Source: a virus. From it: a stretch of DNA of 64,000 bases. This document shows positions 31,244 to 43,200 of the stretch, piece by piece (the stretch's first letter is position 1; each line of letters begins with the position of its first letter). Location of the stretch: IMG/VR virus record IMGVR_UViG_3300030104_002385, positions 1 through 64,000 of that record. One strand, written 5' to 3'. The notes under the pieces are model-generated. The model saw only the letters and a program-made list of their open reading frames with translations, was not told the origin of the DNA and did not search any database. The translations under genes were made by a program, and so were the position numbers.

Positions 31244-34200
31244 ATGGCAAGAACTGTTTCTGGAAGTGGTGCTGTAATCGAACCAATTTTTGATGAAGTA
31301 TTTGGTGTTCGTGCAGTCAAAGTAGTCAACGGAGGTACTGGATATACATCAGCAGACCCTCCAAGGTTGACGGTGACGGGTTGTGGTACTCCGACTCAAG
31401 AAGCATTATTATATCCTATTATAGATCAGGATTCTGGTAGAATAATCCATGTACGTGTTCTTAATAGAGGTAAGGGATACGATCCTTTAAGATTGGGAAT
31501 TTATCCTCAAGCAGAAACTCCCAATGTAGTAGATTCATTTGATATTAATAAGGTTTGGCAATCACATCCAAATTCCCCTACTACTGGTTTATTTGCTTTA
31601 AATACTGCTACACCACCACAAAAGACTGATAGATTAAGGATACAATCTGATAACCATCCCAAACCCACTCCTACACAGGCTGAGAGGGTTCCTGGTGGTG
31701 GTCCTTTAGTTGATAGGGCATTTGATCAGACTTTCATTTATAGAGGTGGTAAAGACGTTCCTAATCCTGGTACTAGAGAAGCACAACCAGATAAGGTTAC
31801 AGGTATTTTAGCGAATGGTGGTTTATTACATACTCCAGAATGGGGTCCAGATGGTAATCCATTTCCAGGATTTGCTCTTGATAGTGTAAAGAACAGTTAC
31901 GTAAAGAATAATACAACATATGATGCTGTAGTTGAGAATAATATTAGTTATTATCAATCAAGTAGAGTTCTTAATGAATTTGCACTTAAAAATGGTACTT
32001 TTGAATTTGGTAACTTAATCCAATTTACATGGTATGTCAAAGTAGAATTTGATAATATCATGTTAACAGTTACTAATATTGATGAATCTATAGGAACTAT
32101 TGAAGTAGGAAGAACTGTTGATGTAATTAGTGGAAATGGTAGAGGTGAAGTTGCAAAAATTGTTAGAGATGGTAGTAATAATATTACTAGAATATATCTT
32201 AGACAAACAAGTGGAACTTTTAATGATCAAGATTTAGTTTTAGGATCAACAGGATTTGGATTTAAAATTAATACAGTCCCTACATTATTACCCAACGGTA
32301 TTTTTTATATCGATTTTGGTACAGATTCTGATGAATTTGGTCCATTTATTTCAGGAACATATTACTTTGCACCACAAAATATTAAGGTTCAAAGAAATTA
32401 TTTAATTATTTGGAACCAATCAGATAGCAGTAATGGTATAACTGGTACTCATACTCAAGGACACCCTATGCAGTTTAGCATAACTGCTGATGGTACATTA
32501 AATGGTGGTACTCTTTATTACAACAGCACTTCTTTAGATTATCCTGCTGCGGATTATGAGAATGAGTTCCAACCATTATTGATAATGAATGCTGATGAAA
32601 ATACTAATCGCATTTATTATTTTTGTAAGCATCACAGATATATGTCTGGATATGCTGGAGATGAGGGATATATTACGTTTGAGGCAGAGATCGATGACGA
32701 CCCATTAGCTAATGATTATTACGTAACTGACTTTTTTGCAACTGGTCCTGATTATTCAAGACATGCTGATGGACATTCCAAGATTGTTGGTATGTCATTT
32801 GATGGATATCCTATTTACGGACCTTATGGATATACCTCTACTGGTACTGTTGCTAAAGAAGTATCTGGATTTAGATTTAAAACAACTGGGGAACTTGATG
32901 GTGGTAGACCAGAGGTAATTACAGCATCTACAGAAACATTTGTTGTAACTGTTTCTAGTGGTAAGTTCTTATTTGGTGGTACTACTCCACCATTCTTAGA
33001 TTTGAAGAGAGGGAAAACATATGTCTTCCAGCAAAATGATGCTAGTAATGATAATGAAGCACTACTAATATCATCTACTGAAGATGGTTGGCATGCTGGT
33101 GTAGCAGGTACTGCATCGTACGTTTACACTACAGGAGTTAAGTATTACTTAGAAAGTGTAGAAAAAACATATACTGAATACTTAGCTGGATTTGATACAG
33201 CTACTGCAAGAGAATTAAGGTTTACAGTACCTTCAAATTCTATCACTGCATTATATACATTTGCTGAAACAACGGCATCTGTTGGTGTAAGAACTGTTCA
33301 GGAAGGTTATATTCTTGGTGATGTAGTTCAGGATAATATTTGGGATAATTCATCTACTTGGGATAGTGGTACTGCTTATGCTCAATATGCTACTGTAAGA
33401 AACTCATCTGGAATAATTTATGAAGCAACTGCTGCTATTAGTAGTGGTGGATCACAACCTGTACATACAAGTGGCACTACTAGTAATTGGAAATATGTGC
33501 AACCTGTTGGAACTTTAGATGAGCATAATGGTAAGTTTGGAGTAACTCCTGAGTATCCAAATGGAACGTATGCTTACTTTATGACAGAGGATGGTGCAGG
33601 TACTCCTGTTTTTCCTTATGTTATTGGTCCAAGATTTTACGGAGTTCCTTTATTTGAAGGCGATACACCTCCTGAAGCAAACAATGTATTCCCTGCTGGT
33701 GCAGAAGGTGAGGTTGTTTTAAGTACCGATAATCCAGGTACGATTGCTTACGTTAAGATGACCCAAAAGGGTGATAACTATTTTGGTTCTGCAACTGCAA
33801 GAATTTTAGGTGGTACAGGAACAGGTGCTACAGGAAGTCCAACAGTTCAAACAATTACGGGTCTTTCACTACTTAGTGGTGGTAGGCAATATGCATCTCC
33901 CCCAACATTAATCTTTGAAGGTGGTGGTGGATCTGGTGCAGAAGGTGCTGCTGCGATTGATACTTTAGGTAAGGTTACTTCAATATCTGTTGTAGATAGT
34001 GGTGAATATTATCAAGAACCTCCTTACATTTTAATCAATGGTGGTGGAGGTTTAGGTGCAAAAGCAATTGCAACTATTTCTCAAGGTTCTATTAGTTCTA
34101 TAACAGTTACTGATCAAGGTAAAGGATATACTTCTCAACCATCTGTTATATTCACAAAACTCGTTAATCTTAAACGTAAGACTAGAGCAAGACAGGCATA

Positions 34201-35629
34201 TAACTCAGGTGCAAATTATCTTACTGGTCTTGTTAAGGATATGACTGCATCGGATACAACAGTATTTGTTGATTCTACTGATGCATATCCTGGTTCTGGA
34301 AAACTTATTATTAATAAGGAAACTATATCATATACAAGTAAAGCAGCTGGTAAATTCTCTGGTATAACTAGAGGTGTTAATTTTAATTACGACCAGAGAG
34401 TTATACTTGATGCTGGACAGAACGCAGAAGATGGTAGTTCAAACTACAAATTCAAGGTAGGTGACCGTGTTATTAGAAGAGTTGAAAATGCTGGTAACAA
34501 GATTGCTAAAGTATATGATTGGGATTCTTCTACTAGAGAGTTACTTGTTACATTTGAAGTTGATGAATTAGCATTTATTGATGCTGGTATTCCATCTACA
34601 GAAGATGCTATTGTACAGTTTGATGGTGGTGTTGCTGATAGTGCTAATTCAGCATATCAACCACACACTATTCTTGATTTACAAAATAGTGTAATAACAA
34701 CTTTAACAGTACCTATTTCGACTTTACAGGATAAAGCATTCCAAGATATTTTGCCTACATCAATAGGTGATGGTATTCCTGACTTAGTAAATACATCAAC
34801 AGATTATGAAAATCAGATACAATTAGATGGTGGTATCTTTAGTTCACTTTACGGTATTGAAGAAACATTGGGTGGTCAGAATACAACTTTATTCCAAGTT
34901 GGAGATAGTATTAAAGATGGTGATATACCATTTAAGTATGCGACTATATCAACTGCAGGTGGATTGAGTGATGGTGTAGAACATACTGCACTTACTACAT
35001 TATATCTTGATAACGCCACTGGTAATGGTGGTAGTTATAACGTTAATGAAATTGTTACTGGTTCTATATCTGGAGTTCAAGGAACAGTTGTTTCTTGGGA
35101 TACTACAAATCAAATATTGGTTCTTAAAGCAGTAACACCATTTAACACTGGTAATATAAATGTTGGAGTTAATGGTTTACTTTATGAGTTCTCTCACAAT
35201 TCCAGTATAATTGATTTTATCATTCAAAATCCAGGAACTAACTATAGTGCAATTCCGCTTTTAGAAATACAAGGACTATTATCACCTACAAGTGAAACCA
35301 GAAATGCGGAAACGATAAACTGGGGTGGTCCTATGGGTGATATACAGGCAACTGGTACTGCAGTAATGACGATTGCAGGAGACCAAGTTGCATCAATCAA
35401 TATAACTAATGGTGGTTATGGATATAAGAAAACTATAGATAGTCAGTATTATGATCATCCATATGTTTTATTTACGGATAGTTCTAATAATATACTAGAT
35501 GGTAAATTTAATAGCACTTCAAGCGGTGCTATAGCACAGGCAGTATTGGGTGGAGAACTCTGCACAGGTACTGGTGGTGCTTCTTATAGAATTAAAAGAA
35601 TTGAGTATCAAACACAGGTTCGTGCGTAA
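31244..35629 (+). CDS. Large virion structural protein (1461 aa) with YHYH-like domain, cupredoxin-like inserts, a small CBM-like module and GxGY repeats
   Basis: HSKIVGMSFDGYPIYGPYGY and LDEHNGKFGVTPEYPNGTYAYF; GHPMQFS...YYFCKHHRYM; located in the baseplate cluster. Confidence 0.75.
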   Translation: MARTVSGSGAVIEPIFDEVFGVRAVKVVNGGTGYTSADPPRLTVTGCGTPTQEALLYPIIDQDSGRIIHVRVLNRGKGYDPLRLGIYPQAETPNVVDSFDINKVWQSHPNSPTTGLFALNTATPPQKTDRLRIQSDNHPKPTPTQAERVPGGGPLVDRAFDQTFIYRGGKDVPNPGTREAQPDKVTGILANGGLLHTPEWGPDGNPFPGFALDSVKNSYVKNNTTYDAVVENNISYYQSSRVLNEFALKNGTFEFGNLIQFTWYVKVEFDNIMLTVTNIDESIGTIEVGRTVDVISGNGRGEVAKIVRDGSNNITRIYLRQTSGTFNDQDLVLGSTGFGFKINTVPTLLPNGIFYIDFGTDSDEFGPFISGTYYFAPQNIKVQRNYLIIWNQSDSSNGITGTHTQGHPMQFSITADGTLNGGTLYYNSTSLDYPAADYENEFQPLLIMNADENTNRIYYFCKHHRYMSGYAGDEGYITFEAEIDDDPLANDYYVTDFFATGPDYSRHADGHSKIVGMSFDGYPIYGPYGYTSTGTVAKEVSGFRFKTTGELDGGRPEVITASTETFVVTVSSGKFLFGGTTPPFLDLKRGKTYVFQQNDASNDNEALLISSTEDGWHAGVAGTASYVYTTGVKYYLESVEKTYTEYLAGFDTATARELRFTVPSNSITALYTFAETTASVGVRTVQEGYILGDVVQDNIWDNSSTWDSGTAYAQYATVRNSSGIIYEATAAISSGGSQPVHTSGTTSNWKYVQPVGTLDEHNGKFGVTPEYPNGTYAYFMTEDGAGTPVFPYVIGPRFYGVPLFEGDTPPEANNVFPAGAEGEVVLSTDNPGTIAYVKMTQKGDNYFGSATARILGGTGTGATGSPTVQTITGLSLLSGGRQYASPPTLIFEGGGGSGAEGAAAIDTLGKVTSISVVDSGEYYQEPPYILINGGGGLGAKAIATISQGSISSITVTDQGKGYTSQPSVIFTKLVNLKRKTRARQAYNSGANYLTGLVKDMTASDTTVFVDSTDAYPGSGKLIINKETISYTSKAAGKFSGITRGVNFNYDQRVILDAGQNAEDGSSNYKFKVGDRVIRRVENAGNKIAKVYDWDSSTRELLVTFEVDELAFIDAGIPSTEDAIVQFDGGVADSANSAYQPHTILDLQNSVITTLTVPISTLQDKAFQDILPTSIGDGIPDLVNTSTDYENQIQLDGGIFSSLYGIEETLGGQNTTLFQVGDSIKDGDIPFKYATISTAGGLSDGVEHTALTTLYLDNATGNGGSYNVNEIVTGSISGVQGTVVSWDTTNQILVLKAVTPFNTGNINVGVNGLLYEFSHNSSIIDFIIQNPGTNYSAIPLLEIQGLLSPTSETRNAETINWGGPMGDIQATGTAVMTIAGDQVASINITNGGYGYKKTIDSQYYDHPYVLFTDSSNNILDGKFNSTSSGAIAQAVLGGELCTGTGGASYRIKRIEYQTQVRA

Positions 35630-35632
35630 CGA

Positions 35633-35640
35633 CATAAATA
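35633..35640 (+). promoter_or_regulatory. T4-type late promoter (CATAAATA) upstream of gp8
   Basis: Intergenic NATAAATA box 26 nt before the ATG. Confidence 0.78.
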
Positions 35641-35666
35641 AACAAGAGGACAATAGTCACTAGGAC

Positions 35667-37199
35667 ATGGCAGCTCTATTAACTGATCAATTTAGGATTT
35701 TTTCAGCAAAAAAATTCATTAAGGCACTTGAAGGTCCAGATGCGACTCAATCCGATACGGCAGCTGGTGCCAATCGTGATAGGGTATATCTGTTCATTGG
35801 AAGACCACAATCGTGGGATAACGAAAACTCTCCACCGCAAGCGGTAGATTCATTTTCGGAATTCTCTGGATCATATGATGATATGATCTCTCTGAAAAGA
35901 GTACTTGCTGCTGATACCGTACAGGTTGTTCGTAGGATTGACTGGGTTTCCCCAGAACAAACTACTGGTGGATTAGGTTTCACCTATGACATGTATCGTC
36001 ATGATTATTCACCAACTAAAACTGCTGCATCTGGTGCTACTAAACTGTATGATTCTGACTTTTACGTTGTAAACTCTCAGTATCAAGTATATAAGTGCAT
36101 CTATAACGGAACGTCTCCTAGCGATCCTAACGGAAAACCCTCGACTGTTGAACCTACTGGTACATCTACTTCAATCATTACTACTGGTGATGGTTATAGA
36201 TGGAAGTACATGTATACTATTCCTGTTGCATCTGTTCTTAAGTTCTTCTCGAACGATTATATGCCAGTTTTCACTAACGCTGCAGTGAAAACTAATGCTG
36301 TTGAAGGTGAAATTGATACAGTAGTTATTACTGCTGCAGGTACAGGTTATAATAATGGAACGTATGATAACGTTTCTATCAACGGTGATGGTACTGGTGG
36401 TCGTCTTAGCGTTGTTATAGACGGAGGTAAGATTATTTCTGCTACTGTTACTAGTGGTGGTACTGGTTATACTTTTGCTAAAATATCTGTTGATAATATT
36501 ACAGGTATTGGTACTGGTACTGGTGGGCAGGTTGATGTTATCATTCCACCTCCTGGTGGTCATGGAAGTGATGCAGTGGTTGAAATTGGTGCTTTCAGAA
36601 CCATGATTAACGCCAAACTATCATATGATGAAGGTGCTGGAGATTTCCCAGTTGATAACGACTACAGAAGAATTGGTTTAATTACCAATCCTCTTAAGTT
36701 TGGTACAACTGAGTTGATATCAGACCTTACAGTTTCTGCTACTAAAGCAGTTATATTCTCTCCTACATTCCAAGGTAATTATGTCCCAGATGAAATTATC
36801 ACTCAAACTAGAGTTGTTGGTGGTGCAAACGTCACTGCTCGTGCGAGAGTTATATCCTGGAACTCGACTACTAAACTATTAAAGTACTATCAAAATGCTG
36901 TTGATGGGATTTTCCCAGAAGTTACTGGTACACAAAACGAGTTTGATGGTTCCAACCCTATAAGTGGTGCAACTTCAGGTGCAGCTGGGCAACCAGATGT
37001 AAACTTCCCTGCAGTTCCAAACTCATCTTCTAGAACTATTAATAACACCGAATATGACCTCGGTATGAGATTTAATAACGGTTACGCAAAACCAGAGATT
37101 AAGTCAAATAGCGGTCAGGTTGTTTACATAGATAATAGAAGATCAATCAGTCGTGCAAACGACCAAGTAGAAGATATTAAAATCGTAATAGAATTCTAA
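35667..37199 (+). CDS. gp8: Baseplate wedge subunit gp8
   Basis: YLFIGRPQSW, YDMYRHDY, YQVYKCIYNG, GDGYRWKYMYTI, PPGGHG, C-terminal YIDNR...QVEDIKIVIEF. Confidence 0.92.
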   Translation: MAALLTDQFRIFSAKKFIKALEGPDATQSDTAAGANRDRVYLFIGRPQSWDNENSPPQAVDSFSEFSGSYDDMISLKRVLAADTVQVVRRIDWVSPEQTTGGLGFTYDMYRHDYSPTKTAASGATKLYDSDFYVVNSQYQVYKCIYNGTSPSDPNGKPSTVEPTGTSTSIITTGDGYRWKYMYTIPVASVLKFFSNDYMPVFTNAAVKTNAVEGEIDTVVITAAGTGYNNGTYDNVSINGDGTGGRLSVVIDGGKIISATVTSGGTGYTFAKISVDNITGIGTGTGGQVDVIIPPPGGHGSDAVVEIGAFRTMINAKLSYDEGAGDFPVDNDYRRIGLITNPLKFGTTELISDLTVSATKAVIFSPTFQGNYVPDEIITQTRVVGGANVTARARVISWNSTTKLLKYYQNAVDGIFPEVTGTQNEFDGSNPISGATSGAAGQPDVNFPAVPNSSSRTINNTEYDLGMRFNNGYAKPEIKSNSGQVVYIDNRRSISRANDQVEDIKIVIEF

Positions 37200-37203
37200 A
37201 CGA

Positions 37204-40200
37204 ATGGCACAAAATACTAACTTAAACGTCACCCCGTATTACGACGACTTTGATAAAAGTAAAAACTTTTATCGAGTGCTGTTCCGACCTGGATTTCCTA
37301 TACAGGCAAGAGAACTATCCACGATGCAAAGCATCATGCAAAATCAGGTTGAGAACATTGGTTCTCATACCTTTAAAGATGGTGCAATGGTCATACCAGG
37401 TCAGGTTGGTTATGACTTAAATGTTGACTGTATCATGCTTCAAGAAAGTTTTCTTGGTGCTGATGTTGAGAATTATCGTAGTCAACTTACAGGTAAAATT
37501 ATTACAGGTTTGACTTCTGGTGTTAAAGCCAAAGTCCTTTATAGTATATCTGCTGCTGAATCTGACAAAAGCTACATTACAATATATGTAAAGTATATTG
37601 AATCTGGTGGTGCTGCATTAAATCAAGATACATTTTCAAATAATGAACAGTTAATTACTGAAAGTGAAATTACTTTTGGAACTACTTTGATTGAAGTTGG
37701 TTCACCATTTGCACAGTTGTTACCTACTTCAGCAATTCAAACAGGATCTGTTGCTTATGTACAATCTGGTGTATACTTTATTAGAGGGTTCTTTGTAGAC
37801 GTACCCTATCAATATATCCTTCTTGATCAATATGGAACTTCACCAAAATATAGAATTGGACTTGAAATCCTCGAGTCAATTGTTACCCCAGAAGATGACC
37901 TTAGCCTCAATGATAACGCTGCAGGAACATCTAATTATGCTGCTCCTGGTGCTCATAGGTTCAGAGTAACAACAAACTTAATTAAAAAATTACTTACAGA
38001 TGATGCTGATAAGGACTTTATAGAATTACTAAGACTTAATGGTAATAAGGTTGAGAAGATTGTTGATCGTAGTGCTTACGATGAATTAGAGAAAAGTCTT
38101 GCCTTAAGAACATTTGAAGAAAATGGTGACTATGTTGTAAAAGATTTCCAAATCAGTATGAGGGAAAACCTCAATGATGGATTTAATAATGGTGTTTATT
38201 CCATTGGAGATATTACAAGTGGTGGTGCAACTGCTACTGAATCTAATTACTCTGTTGAAATTGGACCTGGTATTGCGTATGTAAGGGGTTATAGAGTTAA
38301 GACTACAGCACCAACCTACATTGACTTAATAAAACCAAGAGAAACGGATTCTGCACAGAACACTAACATAGCATTTGAACTTGGAAACTGGTCTACTATA
38401 GAAAACCTATTTGGTTTCCCTAATGTTGCTGGATCTACAATTACTAATGCATATCAAACTTTAGAATTACGTGATACTTTAACAGCAAGTGCTGGAACTG
38501 CTGCTGGTAATCTTATTGGTTATGCTAGAGTTGCTTCATGTGAATATGTAAGTAATCCAGATACGACATTTGGTAATACTGATGACAGGTATAAATTAAA
38601 TCTGTTTGATGTACAAATGGTAACTACAATTCAGTTGAATTCTGCTAAGACTATTGCTCAAGGATCAATAGTTGTTGGTGCAACAACTGGTGCAAGAGGT
38701 TATTTAATTGATGCTGTAACTGCAGCAACTCATATAAACTTGTATCAAGTAGAAGGAACATTTGCTGCTAGTGAGTATTTACTTTTAGATGGTGAACAAT
38801 TAGATACGATTACTAATGTTCACACATACAAATATTCAGATACCAGACAGATTGTTGGTAAAGATGAAGGTACTACTGCTGTAGAATTTACTTGTGATGT
38901 TCGTTTAGAAGATGCACTATTCCTTCAAGGTGCTACATTTACCTATGATGCGACTGGTGGTTCTGAAAAGATTACTGGTTTAAATTCTAATTTTGCATCT
39001 GATTTAAGACCAGGTGATAGAATTTACTTCTCTGAGACTAAGTATGTTGATGTTGATTTTGTAGATCCTACTAACTTAGCATCTTCAAACGTATCTACAA
39101 TATTCAACTATCAAGCTCAAACTGTTAATGTTACTCCTGGTGCTGGTGGTGCTGCTCCTACTGCAGGAACTTATACTGTAATGGTAAGATATAGATCTAA
39201 ATTAAATCAAACTGAAAATGCAGATCTATTCAGTGCTCTAACTAAACCATATGTTAAGAGTATTTCTGATGAATCTATGGTTTGTAGAAGAACCTTTGAT
39301 GCTCAAACTGTTGCATCAAGTTCTATCTCCATAACCCTTCCTGAAAATGAGCAGTTTGAACCAATAACAGATCAGAATTATACTATTACTGTACTCGGTA
39401 GTACTAACGGTACTTATCCTGCTGGTGATCAAATACCTATTGATATAGCAAACTCTGGTGCTTTAGGATATACTTCTTTCACATCTTCTGAAAGAACTAC
39501 TATTCAGATAGATAACCTAACAAATATATCATCTGTTAAGGTAACAGCAACAATTTCTAAGAACGTAACGCAGAGAAAGACAAAGGCGTTACAGAAAATG
39601 TTTATCTTAAAAGTCAATAAGACTACTAAGAATTTAGATAAGATAAATTACGGTTTAACATATTCAAACTTATATGGAACAAGAATACAAGATAAAGATG
39701 TATCTCTTGGTCTAGTAGATTCTTATAAAGTTCATGCTGTGTATGAATCATTAGATGATAGTGATCCAGTAATACCATCTGTTACTTTAGTTGAACCTAC
39801 ATTCTTTGCTGTAGGAACAGTTGTAACTGGTAGAACTTCCAAAGCAAGGGCAACAGTAGTTGATTTTAACTCAAGTACTTTAAAACTAACAATCGTTTAT
39901 CTATCTGGTGCATTCACATCTGGTGAAACTGTTAATGGTTTCAATACTGCAGGTGCTGCTATTAGTGGAATTATCAATGATTCTGTTGGATCTGTTGTAG
40001 CAGGTTCTAAAGTAATTACAGATCGATATATTGTAGATAATGGTCAAACACCATTCATGTATACTTGTGCTAGATTAACTAGAAAGAAAGGATTTGTTCA
40101 ACCAATTAGAAAGTTAAAAATCGTTATAGATTACTATAGTCATTCTGCTACTGGAGATTACTTTGGTGGTCAGTCTTACTTAGAAACTGATTATAAGAAT

Positions 40201-43200
40201 ATCAATATATTTGAGAATAGGTTTATGGCTGACTTCTTGGACTTCCGTCCAGGTGTCAAGAACTTATATACTGGAACAGGAACCGTTGCTTCACCAGCAT
40301 ATGTAAACTGTTCTACGTTTGACTTTAAGTCAAGAGTATTTCCAACTTCAGGTACTCCTGCTGCTACATTATTTGATATACCAAAACTCAATAGCAACTT
40401 TAAGTGTGACTTTGATTGGTATCTTGCTAGAATTGATAAACTATATTTACTACCTAATGGTAAATTCCAAATCATTAAAGGTAAGTCTTCAGAAAATCCT
40501 TCTGAACCAGATAACCTTAATGATGGTATGCTCTTAGGAATATTAAGACATGCACCATATGGATTTAATCCAAATAAAGATGTATCTATAGCTAAATCTG
40601 ATCATAAGAGATTTACTATGAGAGACATTGGTGCTCTAGAAAAACGTCTTGATCAGGTTGAATATTTTACATCTCTCAATATGTTGGAGACAGATACCTT
40701 CAACATTGAAGTTACTGATGCTTCTGGTAAGAACCGTTTGAAGAATGGTTTCCTTGTAGATGATTTTACAGATCATTCAAAATCAAACCTCAAATCAGAA
40801 GATTGGGGTGCATCTCTAGACTTTAGGGAAGGTGTTGCACGTCCATCTCACTTCACAACAAACGTTTCATTGATTATTAATGAAACATTATCTCAAAATT
40901 ATCAGAAGACTGGTCCTGTTGTTACCCTTCCATATACAGAAGAAGCATTAATAACACAACCATATGCATCTAGGACTGAAAACGTTAACCCATTTAACGT
41001 CTTTACATACATCGGACGTATTGATTTAACTCCAGCATCAGATGACTGGGTTGATACTAATAGATTACCTGAAGCTGTTCAAAGTATAGAAGGTGACTTT
41101 AGAGATACAACAGAAAGATTGAATACAGATCAAAATGGATTTGCTGGAACTCAGTGGGGTTCATGGGAAACTACATGGACAGGATCGGGAACGAGAGAAT
41201 CATTAGGAAGAAGAAATACAAGTAGACGTAGTGATTGGGGTGGTGGACTTGCAGTTGATGAAACTACAAGAATAACCGTACCTTCTAGACAGACAAGAGC
41301 TGGTGTTAGAACAAGAGTTGTACCCAGAATTGATAGAATTTCTCAAGGAGATACAGTTGTTTCTAGAACATCTACACCTTGGATCCGTTCCAGAAACATT
41401 GATGTTAGTGTTGTACGTATGAAGCCTAGAACTTCATTCTTCTCATTCTTTGATGGACAATCAGTTAATGACTACTTCACACCTAAGATTATTGAACTTA
41501 TTAAGGATAGTACAACTGATGCTAGAACAAACTCAACACCATTTGTTGTTGGTGAAACAGTAACAGGTCTTACTAGTGGATGCAAATTGAAAGTTGCAGC
41601 TCCTGATGACTACTACAAATTCAATCCATATGATGATACTGAATTAGCAAGTTCTTATTCTTCTACTACAGCATTCTTAAATATTGATACTGTATCACTT
41701 GCTGCACAAGCAACAGGTACTTACTACGGTAACATGCAAGTTGGTGAAGTATTATTAGGTACTTCTGGTGCTAGAGCAGTAGTTAGAGATCGTAGATTTA
41801 TTACTGACAGAAGAGGACAATATAGAGGAAGTTTATTCATTCCACCAGCAAATGTAGATACAAACCCACGTTGGGCAACTGGTACTAGAGTTCTTAGATT
41901 TACAACAAGTGCTACAGATTCTAGAACAGGGGGAACTGTTTCATCATCTGCACAAGCAGATTATCAAGCAACAGGTACTCTTGAAACTATTCAAGAAAAT
42001 ATACTTGCTGTAAGAAATGCTGATGTTGTTACTGACACTGTAACTCAAACTGAAAGTAGAAATACAGTCAGAACAGAAACACGTCAGGTTGGTTGGTATG
42101 ACCCTCTTGCACAGTCCTTTATTATTGACGAGGAAGGTGGTTCATATGTAACTTCAGTTGATGTTTACTTTAATGCTAAGGATGCTAATATTCCTATTTC
42201 CATGCAGATACGTTCTATGGAAAATGGATATCCAACTACATCAATTTTACCATTTTCTGATACTACATTAAATCCTGATAATATTCAAATCTCTGAGACA
42301 GGTTCTATTGCTACGAAGTTTACCTTCCAAGCACCAGTTTATATACCACAGTCTCAAGAACATTGTTTCGTTCTCTTATCAGACTCTAACTCTTATCAAG
42401 TTTGGATTTCTAGGATGGGTGAATTGGATATTACTGGAGATAGAACTATATCTGAACAACCTTATGCTGGTGTTCTGTTTAAATCACAGAACGCATCAAC
42501 ATGGACTGCTGATCAGTATGAGGACATGAAGTTTATTGTTAACAGAGCAGTCTTTAATACTAGCGTTAATTCACAATTAGTTTTAAACAATGCTTCATTA
42601 GATAGGGGTAATGGAGGACAAGTAGTTCTTCAAACAGATGCTATACAAACATTCCAACCAGAATTGCAGTTGGTAATGAATGCTAACAACCTTCCATATA
42701 CAGTTGGATCTAGACTTTATCAGAAGACTACTAATGCTGAAGGTACAGTTACTTCAGTTGGATCTAGTGGATCTGCAGTTCTCTTAACTATTAATGATAT
42801 TTCAGGTACTTGGGCTGCTGGTTCTAATACTGGTGGTGTTATTTCCAATAGAGTTGTTTCATCCAAAGCACTTGCTACTATGGTAGTAACTGGTGCATCA
42901 GGTGACTTCACGGTTGGAGAAACAATCACTGGTAACTCAGCTACTGCTCCTACTGCAGAAGTTGTTACTTGGACTGCTGGTACAAATACACTTACACTTA
43001 AGTATGTTTCTACTGACTTTACTGCATCTACTGAAACTATTACTGGTGCTCTATCCTCAAAAACTGCAACTGTGGGTTCTATAACTTATAGTGGTGATAC
43101 TATCGTTGCTTCTGCAGTTGCTGATGCTTTCGTAGGAACTTCACCAACATATACAAGTTCTCAAAGAAAGATTAGAGTATTCCATTCTAACCATGCTATG

